Shown here: piece after piece, positions 22,765-34,108 of the stretch
How the letters are laid out: every line of letters starts with the position of its first letter
Position numbering within the stretch: the stretch's first letter is position 1
Assembly: GCA_036524005.1 (NCBI GenBank)
Contig: DATDDB010000094.1
Coordinates: forward strand, 2,124-66,123
Source: Gallionellaceae bacterium
Lineage (GTDB): Bacteria > Pseudomonadota > Gammaproteobacteria > Burkholderiales > Gallionellaceae
Direction of reading: 5' to 3'
DNA length: 64,000 nucleotides
Notes under the pieces: generated by a model
Database searches by the model: none
What the model was told of the DNA's origin: nothing
Seen by the model: only the letters and a program-made list of their open reading frames with translations
Program-made: the position numbers and the translations under genes

Positions 22765-23706
22765 TCAACTTGTTATATCGTTTGTATCGTGTTCTTTCAG
22801 GAAGCGCGCCGGGTTTTGCGCCACGCCCTTGAAGCGCACCTCGAAATGCATGTGCGGGCCGGTGGCGCGCCCGGTGCTGCCGGAGAGCGAAATCTTTTCC
22901 CCGCGCTTCACCATCTGCCCCACCTTCACCAGCACCTTGGAATTGTGCGCATAACGGGTGATCACGCCGTTGCCGTGGTCGATCTCGACCAGGTTGCCGA
23001 ATTGCGGATGCGGGCCGGCATATTGCACCACGCCGCCAGCCGAGGCAAAAACCGGCGTGCCCGTCGGCACCACGAAGTCCACGCCCTCATGCATGGCTTC
23101 CTTGCCGGTGAACGGATCGATGCGCCAGCCGAAATTGGACGAGTACCAGCTGCTCTTGACCGGGGACACCGAGGGAATCAGCCAGGCATTGCTGCGATCC
23201 TGCATCAGCATGGTTTCCAGCGCCAGCAGCTTGTCGCTGCGGTCATCCATGGAAATGGACAGGCTGGACATCTGCTTGTTCATGGTCTGCAGCGAGATGT
23301 CGCGCTGCGGGGCGGGCAGGTAAGGACCGCCTTGTGCGGGCGGCTTGTCGAAGGCAAACTCGCCTGGCTTGATGCCGGAAACCTTGGCCAGGCGCACGCC
23401 CAGCGCATCCAGGCGCTGCATTTGCGCCTGCATCTGCCCCAGGCGGATGGCCATGGCGTCCAGGCTCTCGCGCATGTAGACTTGCTGCTTCTGCTGTTCT
23501 TCGGTCTGCGCGCTGGCAAGCCAGGCGCGCAAGCCATCGCTCAGCATGCCGCGATCGAGGCGCGCCAGGGGATATTGCACCGCAATGGCGGAGACAATCA
23601 GCGTTGCGAGCGCCATCAGGAATATCAGCGCCATATTGACGGCGCTCAGCCTGATGGTGCGAGTTTTTGCAAAACGGCTGGAAACCAGAATAATATCCAT
23701 ATCCAC
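22765..23706 (-). CDS. M23-family metallopeptidase with coiled-coil region and N-terminal TM helix
   Basis: 313 aa with LytM-type motifs HEGVDF and GPHMHFEV. The start is uncertain, because alternative Met codons lie downstream. Confidence 0.85.
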   Translation of the reverse strand: MDMDIILVSSRFAKTRTIRLSAVNMALIFLMALATLIVSAIAVQYPLARLDRGMLSDGLRAWLASAQTEEQQKQQVYMRESLDAMAIRLGQMQAQMQRLDALGVRLAKVSGIKPGEFAFDKPPAQGGPYLPAPQRDISLQTMNKQMSSLSISMDDRSDKLLALETMLMQDRSNAWLIPSVSPVKSSWYSSNFGWRIDPFTGKEAMHEGVDFVVPTGTPVFASAGGVVQYAGPHPQFGNLVEIDHGNGVITRYAHNSKVLVKVGQMVKRGEKISLSGSTGRATGPHMHFEVRFKGVAQNPARFLKEHDTNDITS

Positions 23707-23724
23707 CTTCTATCAATAACTACT

Positions 23725-24138
23725 GTGCCACGCCTGAATTCATTCTTCACCGGTAACCCGGAACTGCGCGGATTAGCGCAAAAGGCCGGACAACTTGCCG
23801 CCCTGGAGCAGCTGTACCGGAAGGCCATCCCTCCGGCGCTGGCAGAGTACAGCCGCGTGATCGGATTTGAGCGGCACACCTTGGTGATCGGCGCCGACAA
23901 TAACGCGATTGCCGCCAAACTGCGCCATCTGACCCCCCATGTCCTTAAAAAGGTACAGGAAAGCAGTGTAGAGGTTACTGGAATTCTGATAAAGGTGCAA
24001 GTTAGCCAGCCGGCAAAACCCCCTGGCACGGGGGTACCTGGCTTGAGCCATGCCGGCCGCCAGCAGCTAACCGACCTTGCTGCGAACCTTCATGATTCTC
24101 CGTTAAAACGCGCGCTATTGCGTTTAATTAAGCGTTAA
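23725..24138 (+). CDS. dciA: DciA (DUF721) family protein, putative replicative-helicase operator
   Basis: This is the only credible part of the 1542-aa track ORF. The 137-aa product matches the DUF721 pattern (L..L...A..L..LE...R..IPP.LA..S.V..F....LVIGA.NNAIAAKLRH..P.VL). There is no ATG in frame; I propose the GTG at 23725, which has no clear Shine-Dalgarno sequence. Confidence 0.65.
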   Translation: MPRLNSFFTGNPELRGLAQKAGQLAALEQLYRKAIPPALAEYSRVIGFERHTLVIGADNNAIAAKLRHLTPHVLKKVQESSVEVTGILIKVQVSQPAKPPGTGVPGLSHAGRQQLTDLAANLHDSPLKRALLRLIKR

Positions 24139-24335
24139 ACCAGAATCCCCCAGCCGACCAGCACCTCTCGTTCGAGCAGGTATAATGCCCCTAGAATCAG
24201 TAGCACAAACACCACAAAACGCACAATTTGCCTGGTATAGCGCAAATAGCGATTGTCGTTTGTGAGCACATACAAACCAAACGACATCACCAGTGCGATC
24301 GCAGTCAGGATCAATATCAGGCGTAACAGGATCAT
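24135..24335 (-). CDS. Small two-TM membrane protein (hypothetical)
   Basis: 66 aa with two hydrophobic helices. Visibly AT-richer than its surroundings, and its stop overlaps the dciA stop by 4 nt (convergent genes). Confidence 0.45.
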   Translation of the reverse strand: MILLRLILILTAIALVMSFGLYVLTNDNRYLRYTRQIVRFVVFVLLILGALYLLEREVLVGWGILV

Positions 24336-24402
24336 GGCATCACCCCGGGTGTAAGACTGCCCCTAGTCCAGCCAAACAAAAACAGCTTATTGATTCAATG
24401 CG

Positions 24403-25314
24403 TTAAGCAGACTGCAATTGCAGGCGCAGGAAGGCAGGCGCTTCCTCGGGCTTGCCAAAGGTAACGAATTCCCATGCGTCTTCATCTTCAAGCAGGGCGC
24501 GCACCAGCGCATTGTTGAGCGCGTGGCCGGACTTGTGGCCCGAGAATGCGCCTATCAGGGGGTGTCCGAGCAGGTAGAGGTCGCCGATGGCATCCAGTAC
24601 CTTGTGCTTGACGAACTCATCCTCGAAGCGCAGGCCATCCGGGTTGATCACACGGTATTCGTCCATCACGATGGAGTTGTCCAGATTGCCGCCCAGCGCC
24701 CGTCCCTGGGAACGCATGGCCTCGACTTCGTGCATGAAGCCGAAGGTGCGCGCGCGGCTGATGTCGCGTATATAGGAGTGTTCGCCCAGGTCCACCGTCA
24801 CCTTTTGCGGCGTGTTGGCGATCACGGGATGAGGAAACTTGATGGTGAAATCCAGCTTGTAGCCGTTATACGGGTCAAAGCGCACCCACTTGTCGCCGTC
24901 CTTGACCTCTATCGATTTCTTGACGCGGATGAATTTTTTCGCCGCGGGCTGTTCTTCAATCCCGGCGGATTGCAGCAGGAAGATGAAGGTTCCTGCGCTT
25001 CCGTCCATGATGGGCACTTCGGCGCTGGTCATGTCCACATAGGCATTGTCTATGCCCAGGCCGGCAAAGGCCGACATCAGGTGCTCGATGGTGGCCACAC
25101 GGCCGCCGTTGCCTTCCAGGCAGGTGGACAGGCGCGTGTCGTGCACCGCATGCGCTTCGGCGGGGATTTCCGCCACGGGAGACAAGTCCACCCGGCGAAA
25201 AATGATGCCGCTATTGACCGGCGCCGGGCGCATCGCCAGGCTGACCTTCTCCCCGGAATGCAAACCAACCCCGATTGCCTGCACCGGCTTTTTCAGTGTG
25301 CGCTGCCTTACCAT
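24403..25314 (-). CDS. lpxC: UDP-3-O-acyl-N-acetylglucosamine deacetylase
   Basis: Start chosen at [21 protein letters not shown], which matches the canonical LpxC N-terminus. The track start is 12 nt upstream. Confidence 0.94.
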   Translation of the reverse strand: MVRQRTLKKPVQAIGVGLHSGEKVSLAMRPAPVNSGIIFRRVDLSPVAEIPAEAHAVHDTRLSTCLEGNGGRVATIEHLMSAFAGLGIDNAYVDMTSAEVPIMDGSAGTFIFLLQSAGIEEQPAAKKFIRVKKSIEVKDGDKWVRFDPYNGYKLDFTIKFPHPVIANTPQKVTVDLGEHSYIRDISRARTFGFMHEVEAMRSQGRALGGNLDNSIVMDEYRVINPDGLRFEDEFVKHKVLDAIGDLYLLGHPLIGAFSGHKSGHALNNALVRALLEDEDAWEFVTFGKPEEAPAFLRLQLQSA

Positions 25315-25441
25315 ACCATCCAACACAATGCTCTAAGTGAATCAAACCGCATTTTATCACGGCTGCCGCAACTGCCGGCAATGCCTATTTCCAAAAATAC
25401 AACAATTTACCAACCACCAACTCCCCGCCCGCAGGCGGGGA

Positions 25442-26605
25442 TCAGTCCGCCTGCTTGCGCAGGAAGGAAGGGATATCCAGCGTATCCACCCCTGACTGCT
25501 TCAGCGCCTCCACCGCTTCGCGGCGGCGGTTGCTGCGCATCACGGTGGGCATGTCCAGCTCGCCGTAATTGATGGCAGGTTCCACCGGCTCGTCATGCGT
25601 GCCGGTGCGCTGGCCATACACCAGCTCGGGCTTGTGCTGTTTACGCATGGTGCCCGAACCCAGGCCGGTGGCGACGATGGTCACGCGCAGCGCATCTTCC
25701 ATGCTCTCGTCGAACACCTGGCCGACGATCACGGTGGCGTCTTCGGCGGCCACGCCCTGCACGCAGGACATCACGTCCTTGTATTCGCGCATGGTAAAGC
25801 TGGAACTGGCGGTGATATTGACCAGCACGCCGCGCGCGCCGGACAGGTCCACATCCTCCAGCAGCGGGCTGGACATCGCGCCTTCCGCTGCCTCTTTCGC
25901 GCGCTTGACGCCGGATGCGGTGGAAGAGCCCATCATCGCCATGCCGTTTTCCGACATCAGCGTGCGCACGTCGGCAAAGTCCACGTTCACCATGCCGTCC
26001 ACGTTGATCACCTCGGCGATGCCGGCCACCGCGCCCTGCAGCACGCCGTTGGAGGCGCGGTAGGCGTCGAGCAAGGTGGTGTCCTCGCCCAGCACGGTCA
26101 TCAGCTTCTCGTTAGGCACGATGATCAGCGAGTCCACATGCTCGCTCAGCGCAGCGATGCCTTCCTCGGCCAGCTTCATGCGCTTGCGCTCGTGCTCGAA
26201 CGGCTTGGTCACCACGGCCACGGTCAATATGCCGCGTTCCTTGGCCAGTTCAGCCACCACGGGTGCAGCCCCGGTGCCGGTGCCGCCGCCCATGCCGGCG
26301 GTGATGAACACCATGTCCACCCCTTCCAGCAGTTCGGCGATGCGCTCGCGGTCCTCCTGTGCGGCGGCATAGCCGACATCAGGCCGGGCGCCCGCGCCCA
26401 GCCCCTTGGTCAGGTTGCTGCCGATCTGCAGGTGGTTGCGCGCCTTGTTGTTCCTGAGCGCCTGGGCATCGGTGTTGATGGCGACGAATTCCACTCCGCT
26501 GACCAATTGCTCGATCATGTGGTTCAGCGCATTGCCGCCGCAGCCGCCCACGCCTATCACCTTGATCACCGCTCCCTGATGTTGCGCATCCATAATCTCG
26601 AACAT
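25442..26605 (-). CDS. ftsZ: Cell division GTPase FtsZ
   Basis: 387 aa with the tubulin signature GGGTGTGAAPV. Confidence 0.97.
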   Translation of the reverse strand: MFEIMDAQHQGAVIKVIGVGGCGGNALNHMIEQLVSGVEFVAINTDAQALRNNKARNHLQIGSNLTKGLGAGARPDVGYAAAQEDRERIAELLEGVDMVFITAGMGGGTGTGAAPVVAELAKERGILTVAVVTKPFEHERKRMKLAEEGIAALSEHVDSLIIVPNEKLMTVLGEDTTLLDAYRASNGVLQGAVAGIAEVINVDGMVNVDFADVRTLMSENGMAMMGSSTASGVKRAKEAAEGAMSSPLLEDVDLSGARGVLVNITASSSFTMREYKDVMSCVQGVAAEDATVIVGQVFDESMEDALRVTIVATGLGSGTMRKQHKPELVYGQRTGTHDEPVEPAINYGELDMPTVMRSNRRREAVEALKQSGVDTLDIPSFLRKQAD

Positions 26606-26675
26606 GATTTTTCTCCTTGCTGGTTGCCTACCCTGAATTTACAAAATACCCAAAATCCGTCACTCACGCGCTGCG

Positions 26676-27911
26676 TCAAAAATTGCCCTGGAACCACGCC
26701 TTCATCCTGCCCAGCACATCGCCGACCGAACCCGAATTGATGCGCGCCGCCTCATGCCGCTGCCGCTGTTCCATGGCATAGAGCAGCAGCCCTATCCCGG
26801 TCGAAAATCGCGGCGTCTTGACCACATCGGCCAGGCCGCCCGCGTAATGCGGCAAGCCCAGCCGCACCGGCATGTGGAATATTTCCTCGCCCAGCTCCAC
26901 CATGCCCTGCATGGCCCCGCTGCCGCCGGTGATGACAATTCCGGACGACAGCAGATCCTCGAAGCCGCTGCGCCGCAATTCGGTTTGCACCAGCGAATAC
27001 AGCTCCTCCACCCTGGGCTCGATCACTTCGGCCAGGGTCTGGCGCGACAGCATGCGCGGACCGCGCTCGCCCACGCCCGGCACCTCGATCGGCGCATCGC
27101 CCGCCAGCTGGCGCAAGGCGCAGCCGTATTTGATCTTGATGTCCTCGGCGTCCCGGGTCGGGGTGCGCAACGCCATGGCAATGTCGTTGGTGATCTGGTC
27201 GCCCGCAATGGGAATCACCGCGCTATGGCGGATCGCGCCGCCGGTGAACACCGCCACGTCGGTGGTGCCGCCACCGATGTCAACCAGGCACACCCCCAGA
27301 TCCTTTTCGTCGTCGGCCAGCACCGCCTTGCTCGAGGCCAGCGGCTGCAGGATCAATTCGCGCACCTCCAGACCGCAACGGTGCACGCATTTCATGATGT
27401 TCTGCACCGCGGCCACCGCGCCGGTGACGATGTGGATCTCCACCTCCAGGCGCATGCCGCTCATGCCCAGCGGCTTCTTGATGCCCTCCTGGCCGTCAAT
27501 GCTGAATTCCTGCTCCAGGATGTGCAGGATTTTCTGGTCGCCCGGCAGGGCGATGGAACTGGCGGTTTCGATCACGCGCTCGATGTCCGCCTGCGACACC
27601 TCCTTGTCCTTGATCTTGACCATGCCATTGGCGTTGGCGCCCTTGATGTGGCTGCCAGCAATCCCGGTATAGACTTCGCGTATCTTGCAATCGGCCATCA
27701 GCTCGGCCTCTTCCAGCGCGCGCTGGATAGCGCCGACCGTGGCGTCGATATTGACCACCATGCCCTTCTTCATGCCGGAGGACTCGTGCATGCCCACGCC
27801 CACCACCTCCAGCCCGCCCTCCTGCGTGATCTCACCGACGACGGCGATGATCTTGGAGGTGCCGATGTCCAGCCCGACTATCAAGTCCCTGGTCTCCCTG
27901 CCCCTGTTCAT
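26676..27911 (-). CDS. ftsA: Cell division protein FtsA
   Basis: Actin-like fold with the VGLDIGTSK phosphate-1 motif. Start chosen at MNRGRETRD (411 aa); Met codons 15 and 30 nt upstream are also possible. Confidence 0.92.
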   Translation of the reverse strand: MNRGRETRDLIVGLDIGTSKIIAVVGEITQEGGLEVVGVGMHESSGMKKGMVVNIDATVGAIQRALEEAELMADCKIREVYTGIAGSHIKGANANGMVKIKDKEVSQADIERVIETASSIALPGDQKILHILEQEFSIDGQEGIKKPLGMSGMRLEVEIHIVTGAVAAVQNIMKCVHRCGLEVRELILQPLASSKAVLADDEKDLGVCLVDIGGGTTDVAVFTGGAIRHSAVIPIAGDQITNDIAMALRTPTRDAEDIKIKYGCALRQLAGDAPIEVPGVGERGPRMLSRQTLAEVIEPRVEELYSLVQTELRRSGFEDLLSSGIVITGGSGAMQGMVELGEEIFHMPVRLGLPHYAGGLADVVKTPRFSTGIGLLLYAMEQRQRHEAARINSGSVGDVLGRMKAWFQGNF

Positions 27912-27941
27912 TGGCTTTACCTGCATCTCACCCTCATACAC

Positions 27942-28640
27942 TCAACTCGTAGCCAACCTTGCCGCAAACCCGTTGCGGTAGCGCAAGTCCACAAACTTCG
28001 CAGGCGCCTTCATCGCCGCCAGGTATTGCGGATAAGCTGCAGCAAACCGCTCCAGCCGCTCATCCACCTGCTCGCGCCCCAGTTCCAGCACCGCGCCGTC
28101 CTTCAGGCGCAGCTGCCAGGCGTAGCGCGACGACACGGTGATTTGCGCGACCCCCAGCCCCAGCGGAGCCAGCATTTCGCTGAAGCGCGTGTAGCGCTGC
28201 GCCATTTCCGCCGCGGCTCCTTCCGGGCCGGTGAATTCGGGCAAGGCATCAGCAGCCTTTGCAACAAACACCTCGCCCTCCGTGTTCACCAGCGCTGTCC
28301 CGTTCCAGCGCGCCAGCGCCTGGTGCTCTTCCAGCGCCACGTCCAGCTGCCACGGGAAATGCCGCCGCACGCTCACGCGCCGCACCCAGGGCAGCTTTTC
28401 GAAGGAACGGCGCGCCTGATCCAGGTTCACCGTGAAAAAATTGCCATGCAGCGAATCGCGCACCGCCGCTTCCAGCTGCCCTCTGTCCACCCGTAGCGGG
28501 GCGGCATCCAGCTGCACCGTGCGCAGCGCGAACACCGGCAGGAGCAGCGCATACCCCAGGGCTGCGGCAAGCAGCAGCAACACGCTGGCACCGAACAGTG
28601 TCCAGGTCAGTTTGCGCAGCGCCTGCGCGTCATCCCACAT
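27942..28640 (-). CDS. ftsQ: Cell division protein FtsQ
   Basis: 232 aa, single TM helix, POTRA/FtsQ-type region, and position between ddl and ftsA. Confidence 0.88.
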   Translation of the reverse strand: MWDDAQALRKLTWTLFGASVLLLLAAALGYALLLPVFALRTVQLDAAPLRVDRGQLEAAVRDSLHGNFFTVNLDQARRSFEKLPWVRRVSVRRHFPWQLDVALEEHQALARWNGTALVNTEGEVFVAKAADALPEFTGPEGAAAEMAQRYTRFSEMLAPLGLGVAQITVSSRYAWQLRLKDGAVLELGREQVDERLERFAAAYPQYLAAMKAPAKFVDLRYRNGFAARLATS

Positions 28641-29538
28641 GGGCCGTCTCCAGTATGCTCAGCACCAGCTGCTCGAAACTCATCCCGGCCTGGCGCGCGC
28701 CCATGGGCACCAGGCTGTGGTCGGTCATGCCGGGCAGCGTATTCATCTCCAGGAAATAGGGCTGTCCGCTCTCGTCGATGATGAGGTCAACCCGCGCCCA
28801 GCCACGGCAGCCCAGCACCCGGAAAGAACGCATCACGATGTCCGCAAGACGCGCCTCGGTTTCCTGCGCCAGCCCCGGACAGGTATAGCGCGTATCGTCC
28901 GCCAGGTACTTTGCATCGTAGTCGTAGAACTCGTGCGGGGTTTCTATGCGTATCGAGGGCAAGACCTTGTCCGCCACGATCGGAAACTGCACTTCGGCGC
29001 CCTTGATGAACTTTTCCACCAGCACAAGGCTGTCATACTTTGCCGCCAGCGCGTAGGCCGCGCGCAATTCCGCGGCGCTTTTGACCTTGCTTATGCCTAC
29101 GCTGGACCCTTCGTTGGCCGGTTTTACAAACAATGGCAATCCCAACCGCTGCACCACCGCATCCCAGTCGCTGTCGGCGGTAAGCAGCTCGAAATCCGCG
29201 ACCGGAATTCCGGCGGCCTTCCATACCAGCTTGGTGCGGTATTTGTCCATGGACAGCGCGGAAGCCAGCACGCCGCTGCCGGTATAGGGAATGCCCATCA
29301 ATTCGAGCGCTCCTTGCACCGTCCCATCCTCCCCGCCGCGGCCATGCAGGATGACAAATGCCCGGTCATAGCCTTCGTCGCGCAAGGCCTGCAAATCCTG
29401 CACCGCCGGATCGAACGCATGCGCGTCCACGCCGCTTTTTTGCAGCGCCGCCAAAACCGCCTTGCCGCTTTTCAGCGACACCTCGCGCTCGGCCGAACTT
29501 CCGCCAAACAACACCGCAACTTTTCCAAAATTCTTCAT
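28630..29538 (-). CDS. ddl: D-alanine--D-alanine ligase
   Basis: 302 aa, ATP-grasp, [23 protein letters not shown]-terminus, [10 protein letters not shown] near the C-terminus. Confidence 0.95.
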   Translation of the reverse strand: MKNFGKVAVLFGGSSAEREVSLKSGKAVLAALQKSGVDAHAFDPAVQDLQALRDEGYDRAFVILHGRGGEDGTVQGALELMGIPYTGSGVLASALSMDKYRTKLVWKAAGIPVADFELLTADSDWDAVVQRLGLPLFVKPANEGSSVGISKVKSAAELRAAYALAAKYDSLVLVEKFIKGAEVQFPIVADKVLPSIRIETPHEFYDYDAKYLADDTRYTCPGLAQETEARLADIVMRSFRVLGCRGWARVDLIIDESGQPYFLEMNTLPGMTDHSLVPMGARQAGMSFEQLVLSILETAHVG

Positions 29539-30476
29539 GCTGCCTCGCCCCTCACGGCTTCACCAATAATGCGCACCTCGGGATGCAGGCTGATGCCGGT
29601 CTGCTGCTGCACCACCGCCTGCACCTCGTTGATCAGAGTTTCAATATCCTTCGCCGTCGCGCCGCCCGTGTTGACGATGAAATTTGCATGCTTTTCCGAC
29701 ACCCGCGCCCCGCCGATCTGGCGCCCCTTCAGGCCGCAAGCCTCGATCAGGCGCGCCGCATGGTCGCCCGGCGGATTGCGGAACACCGACCCCGCATTCG
29801 GCAATTGCAGCGGCTGGCTGGCCAGGCGCCGTTCCAGCAGCGCCTTGATTTCGCGCCGCGAAACCTCTCCATCCCCGGCCCAAAACCTTAGCCATGCACC
29901 GGCGAACCATTCCTGCCGCGCCACGCGCAGGGCCACATGGCGGTAGCCGATTTCATAATCATCCGCCGTGCGCTGGCGCAGACGGCCCTGACGGTCCACC
30001 ACCTGCACGTATTCCACACGTTCCCACGTTTCGCTGCCGTAACAGCCCGCGTTCATGGTCAACATCCCGCCCACGGTGCCCGGGATGCCGGCAAAAAATT
30101 CTGCGCCGCGCAAATTGTGCTGGGCGGCAAAGCGCGCCAGTTTTGCGCCGGGCACGCCCGCCTCGGCGTAGACCAGGCCATTTGGCTCCATGCGCAATGC
30201 GCTAAGCGCTCCGTGCAGCAGCAGCACGGTGCCGCGCAGTCCGCCGTCGCGCACCAGCAGGTTGCTGCCGAGGCCGACCGCCAGCACCGGCTCACCTGCC
30301 GGCAGGACGCGCAGGAAAGCCTGCAAATCCTCGAGATCGGCCGGCTGGTACATGCGCTCCACCCGCCCGCCCGCACGCCAGCTCACGTGGCGGCTCATGT
30401 CCACGTCACGGCTCAGCGTGCCGCGCAGCCCGGCGGCCTGCAGTCCAGCAAATTTTTCCGCTTCCGTCATGTTCAT
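29535..30476 (-). CDS. murB: UDP-N-acetylenolpyruvoylglucosamine reductase
   Basis: FAD-binding PCMH domain. Start chosen at the ATG that forms an ATGA overlap with the murC stop; the track start is 21 nt upstream. Confidence 0.9.
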   Translation of the reverse strand: MNMTEAEKFAGLQAAGLRGTLSRDVDMSRHVSWRAGGRVERMYQPADLEDLQAFLRVLPAGEPVLAVGLGSNLLVRDGGLRGTVLLLHGALSALRMEPNGLVYAEAGVPGAKLARFAAQHNLRGAEFFAGIPGTVGGMLTMNAGCYGSETWERVEYVQVVDRQGRLRQRTADDYEIGYRHVALRVARQEWFAGAWLRFWAGDGEVSRREIKALLERRLASQPLQLPNAGSVFRNPPGDHAARLIEACGLKGRQIGGARVSEKHANFIVNTGGATAKDIETLINEVQAVVQQQTGISLHPEVRIIGEAVRGEAA

Positions 30477-31876
30477 GCGCTCGCCGCCATTTCGCACACT
30501 TGCGCAGGCACGCCGCCGATGGAACCTGCGCCCATGGTCACCACCACGTCGCCGGGCTGCGCCATTTTCAGTATGGCTTCCGGCATGTCCTTGATATTTT
30601 CAACGAACGTTGCCTCCTCCTTGCCCGCCACGCGCAGCGCGCGCATCAGCGAACGCCCGTCGGCCGCGACAATGGGCGCTTCGCCCGCGGCATACACCTC
30701 GCCCAGCAGCAGCGCATCCACGCCCGATAACACTTTGACAAAATCCTCAAATAAGTCGCGCGTGCGCGTATAGCGGTGCGGCTGGAATGCGAGCACCAGG
30801 CGCCGGCCGGGAAACGCACCGCGCACCGCCGCCAGGGTGGCGGCCATCTCGACCGGGTGATGACCGTAGTCGTCGATCAGGGAGAAGCTGCCGCCGCTGG
30901 CCAGCGCAATCTCCCCGTAGCGCTGGAAGCGCCGTCCCACGCCCTGGAATTCCGCCAGCGCGGCGACGATCGCTGCTTCCGGCACGCCAATCTCCAGACC
31001 GACGGCGATGGCGGACAGCGCATTCAGCACGTTGTGCTGCCCCGCCAGATTCAGCGTGATGTCCAAATCAATCGGCACAGTATTGTGGCGGCACAGTGCG
31101 GTGAACTTCATGCGCCCGCCCTCGTGGCGGATATTGACCGCGCGAATCTGCGCGTCCTCCGACACACCGTAGGTGGTGACCGGCTTGCTGATGCGCCCCA
31201 GTATCTCGCGCACATTGGCATCGTCCACACACAGCATGGCACGTCCATAGAACGGCAGGCGCTCCAGGAAATCCACAAACGCCTGCTTGAGGCGGCTGAA
31301 ATCGTGGTTGTAGGTTTCCATGTGGTCCGCGTCGATGTTGGTGACCACCGCCATGATGGGCGTCAGGTGCAAAAAGGAGGCGTCGGACTCGTCTGCCTCG
31401 GCCACGATGTATTCGCCGGTCCCGAGTTTGGCATTGGTGCCGCTGCTGTTGAGCCTGCCGCCGATGACATAGGTCGGATCGAACCCGCCCTTGGCCAGCA
31501 CGCTGGCCACCAGGCTGGTGGTGGTGGTCTTGCCGTGCGTGCCCGCGATGGCGATGCCCTGGCGCAGCCGCATCAGCTCGGCCAGCATCACGGCGCGTGG
31601 CACCACCGGAATTTTGCCCGCGCGCGCGGCCGTCACTTCGGGGTTGTCTGCGCTCACCGCGGTTGACACCACCACCGCGTCGGCCCCGGCAATGTTCTGC
31701 TCCGCATGCCCCACCCGCACCTCCGCGCCCAGTTTGCGCAGGCGCGCCACCACCGCGCTATCGGCCAGATCGGAGCCGCTCACCTGGAAACCCAGGTTGA
31801 GCAGCACCTCGGCAATGCCGTTCATGCCTGAGCCGCCGATGCCGACGAAGTGGATGTGTTTGATCTTGTGCTTCAT
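30473..31876 (-). CDS. murC: UDP-N-acetylmuramate--L-alanine ligase
   Basis: Start at [25 protein letters not shown]. The 36-codon track extension is rejected. Confidence 0.95.
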   Translation of the reverse strand: MKHKIKHIHFVGIGGSGMNGIAEVLLNLGFQVSGSDLADSAVVARLRKLGAEVRVGHAEQNIAGADAVVVSTAVSADNPEVTAARAGKIPVVPRAVMLAELMRLRQGIAIAGTHGKTTTTSLVASVLAKGGFDPTYVIGGRLNSSGTNAKLGTGEYIVAEADESDASFLHLTPIMAVVTNIDADHMETYNHDFSRLKQAFVDFLERLPFYGRAMLCVDDANVREILGRISKPVTTYGVSEDAQIRAVNIRHEGGRMKFTALCRHNTVPIDLDITLNLAGQHNVLNALSAIAVGLEIGVPEAAIVAALAEFQGVGRRFQRYGEIALASGGSFSLIDDYGHHPVEMAATLAAVRGAFPGRRLVLAFQPHRYTRTRDLFEDFVKVLSGVDALLLGEVYAAGEAPIVAADGRSLMRALRVAGKEEATFVENIKDMPEAILKMAQPGDVVVTMGAGSIGGVPAQVCEMAASA

Positions 31877-31886
31877 GGCTCCTGCC

Positions 31887-32954
31887 TCATTTCGCCACCT
31901 CCGCGCACACTTGCGCCACGCGCTGCGCGGCGTTGGGCTGTGCCACCGCGCGCGCCGCCTGCGCCATTTCCAGCGCGCGCGCACGCGTCATGCCCTGCAG
32001 CAATTCCGCCAGCCGCTCCGGCGTCAGCTCTTTCTGCGGCAACAGCACCGCCGCCCCGCGATCGCTCAGGAAATGCGCATTGACGGTCTGGTGATCGTCC
32101 ACCGCATGGGGGAACGGCACCAGCATGCTGGCCAAACCTGCCGCTGCCAGCTCGGAAACGGTCAAGGCGCCGGCGCGGCACACCACCAGGTCGGCCTGCT
32201 CGTAATAGAACGCCATGTTGTCCACGAACGGCGCCACCATGGCCTCCACCCCCGCCTGCTGGTAGGCCGCCCGGGTTGCCTCATAGTGCTGCTTGCCGCT
32301 CTGGTGCAGCACATGCGGCCGCACCTCCTGCGGGATCAGCGCCAATGCCTTGGGGATGCGTTCGTTGATCACCTTGGCCCCCAGGCTGCCGCCCACCACC
32401 AGCATGTTAAGCGGCCCTTCGCGCTTGCCAAAACGCGTGCCTGGCTCCGGCAGCGAAGCGATCGCTTCGCGCACCGGGTTGCCGCACCATTCCGCGTTCG
32501 GCAGCACATTCGGGAAGCCGCTCATTACGCGCTTCGCATAGCGTGCCAGCAGCTTGTTGCTCATGCCGGCGACGGCATTCTGCTCGTGGATTACCAGCGG
32601 ACGGCGCAGCAGCGCGGCCATCAGCCCGCCGGGGACGGTGATGTATCCGCCCATCCCCAGCACCACGGCGGGGCGGTATTGCAGGAACACGAACAGGCAT
32701 TGCCACAAGGCGAACAGCAGGCTGAACGGCATGGTGATCTTGCGCAGCAAACCCTTGCCGCGCAGGCCGTAGAAATCCACCAGACCCATGGCATAGCCGT
32801 GCTTGGGCACCAGCTCCGCTTCCATGCTGTTCGGCGCGCCCAGCCACACCACCTTCCAGCCCTGCGCCTTCAGGCAATCCGCCACGGCCAGCCCGGGGAA
32901 GATATGGCCGCCCGTGCCGCCCGCCATGATCAGTATGGTTTTGCTCTTGCTCAT
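31887..32954 (-). CDS. murG: Undecaprenyldiphospho-muramoylpentapeptide beta-N-acetylglucosaminyltransferase
   Basis: 355 aa, [14 protein letters not shown] motif, ATGA overlap with ftsW. Confidence 0.95.
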   Translation of the reverse strand: MSKSKTILIMAGGTGGHIFPGLAVADCLKAQGWKVVWLGAPNSMEAELVPKHGYAMGLVDFYGLRGKGLLRKITMPFSLLFALWQCLFVFLQYRPAVVLGMGGYITVPGGLMAALLRRPLVIHEQNAVAGMSNKLLARYAKRVMSGFPNVLPNAEWCGNPVREAIASLPEPGTRFGKREGPLNMLVVGGSLGAKVINERIPKALALIPQEVRPHVLHQSGKQHYEATRAAYQQAGVEAMVAPFVDNMAFYYEQADLVVCRAGALTVSELAAAGLASMLVPFPHAVDDHQTVNAHFLSDRGAAVLLPQKELTPERLAELLQGMTRARALEMAQAARAVAQPNAAQRVAQVCAEVAK

Positions 32955-34108
32955 CTTGTCTGGCCCCGCATCATTTTCCTGTTCTCATAGTCAATTCTCA
33001 GCAGGATGGCCACGGCGAGGCAGTTAACTGCCATGCCGCTGCCGCCGAAGCTGAGGAACGGCAGGGTCAATCCCTTGGTGGGCAGCACGCCCATGTTCAC
33101 GCCGATGTTGATCATGGCCTGCATGCCCAGCCACAGGCCGATGCCCTGCGCCACCAGGGCGGGAAACTGCATATCCAGGAATGCCGCCTGGCGGCCTATG
33201 GCAAATGCGCGCATCACCAGCAGTGCAAACAGCGCAATGACAGCGCCCACGCCGACCACGCCCAGCTCCTCTGCAATCACCGCCATCAGAAAATCGGTGT
33301 GCGCCTCAGGCAGATAGAACAGCTTCTCCACGCTGGCGCCCAACCCCACGCCCAACCACTCGCCACGCCCGAAGGCTATCAGCGAATGGCTCAGCTGGTA
33401 GCCCTTGCCGAAGGGATCGGCCCAGGGGTCCATGAATCCGGTCAGGCGATGCATGCGATAGGGTGCAATCAGTATCAGCGCAGCAAAGGCAAAGGGCAGC
33501 GCAACCAGCAACCCGCCAAACACCTTGATGTTGAATCCGCCAAGGAACAGGGTGCACAGCGCGATGGAGCAGATCACCACGAACGCCCCCATGTCCGGCT
33601 CCATCAGCAGCAGGCCGCCGACCAGCGCCATGATGAGGAACATCGGCCAGAACGCCTTGAACAGATGGCCTTTGAGCATGCCCTTGCGCACGGTGTAATC
33701 GGCGGCGTACAGCACGGCCAGGAGCTTCATCAGCTCCGATGGCTGGAAATTGACGATGAACAGGTACAGCCAGCGCTTGCTACCGTTCACTTCCTTGCCG
33801 ACGCCCGGGATGAGCACCAGCAGCAGCAGCAGCACGCCCAGTATGAACAGGAAGGGCGCCATTTTTTGCCAGAACTGCACCGGAAACTGGAATGCGACCA
33901 AACCCAGCATCAGCCCGACTCCGATGAACATGCCGTGCCGGATCAGGTAATAAGCGGGTTGGCCGCGGCTCGCCTCAGCAATGGCAATGGACGACGAATA
34001 CACCATCACCAGGCCGAGCGAAAGCAGTGCGACAACGCCCCATACCAGCACTTGGTCGTACTCGGCCATGGGCTGTCTGCGCTTTCCCAGGAGGGTGGCG
34101 ATCGTCAT
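32951..34108 (-). CDS. ftsW: Peptidoglycan glycosyltransferase FtsW (SEDS family)
   Basis: 385 aa, polytopic SEDS protein, in the dcw position. Confidence 0.93.
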   Translation of the reverse strand: MTIATLLGKRRQPMAEYDQVLVWGVVALLSLGLVMVYSSSIAIAEASRGQPAYYLIRHGMFIGVGLMLGLVAFQFPVQFWQKMAPFLFILGVLLLLLVLIPGVGKEVNGSKRWLYLFIVNFQPSELMKLLAVLYAADYTVRKGMLKGHLFKAFWPMFLIMALVGGLLLMEPDMGAFVVICSIALCTLFLGGFNIKVFGGLLVALPFAFAALILIAPYRMHRLTGFMDPWADPFGKGYQLSHSLIAFGRGEWLGVGLGASVEKLFYLPEAHTDFLMAVIAEELGVVGVGAVIALFALLVMRAFAIGRQAAFLDMQFPALVAQGIGLWLGMQAMINIGVNMGVLPTKGLTLPFLSFGGSGMAVNCLAVAILLRIDYENRKMMRGQTR

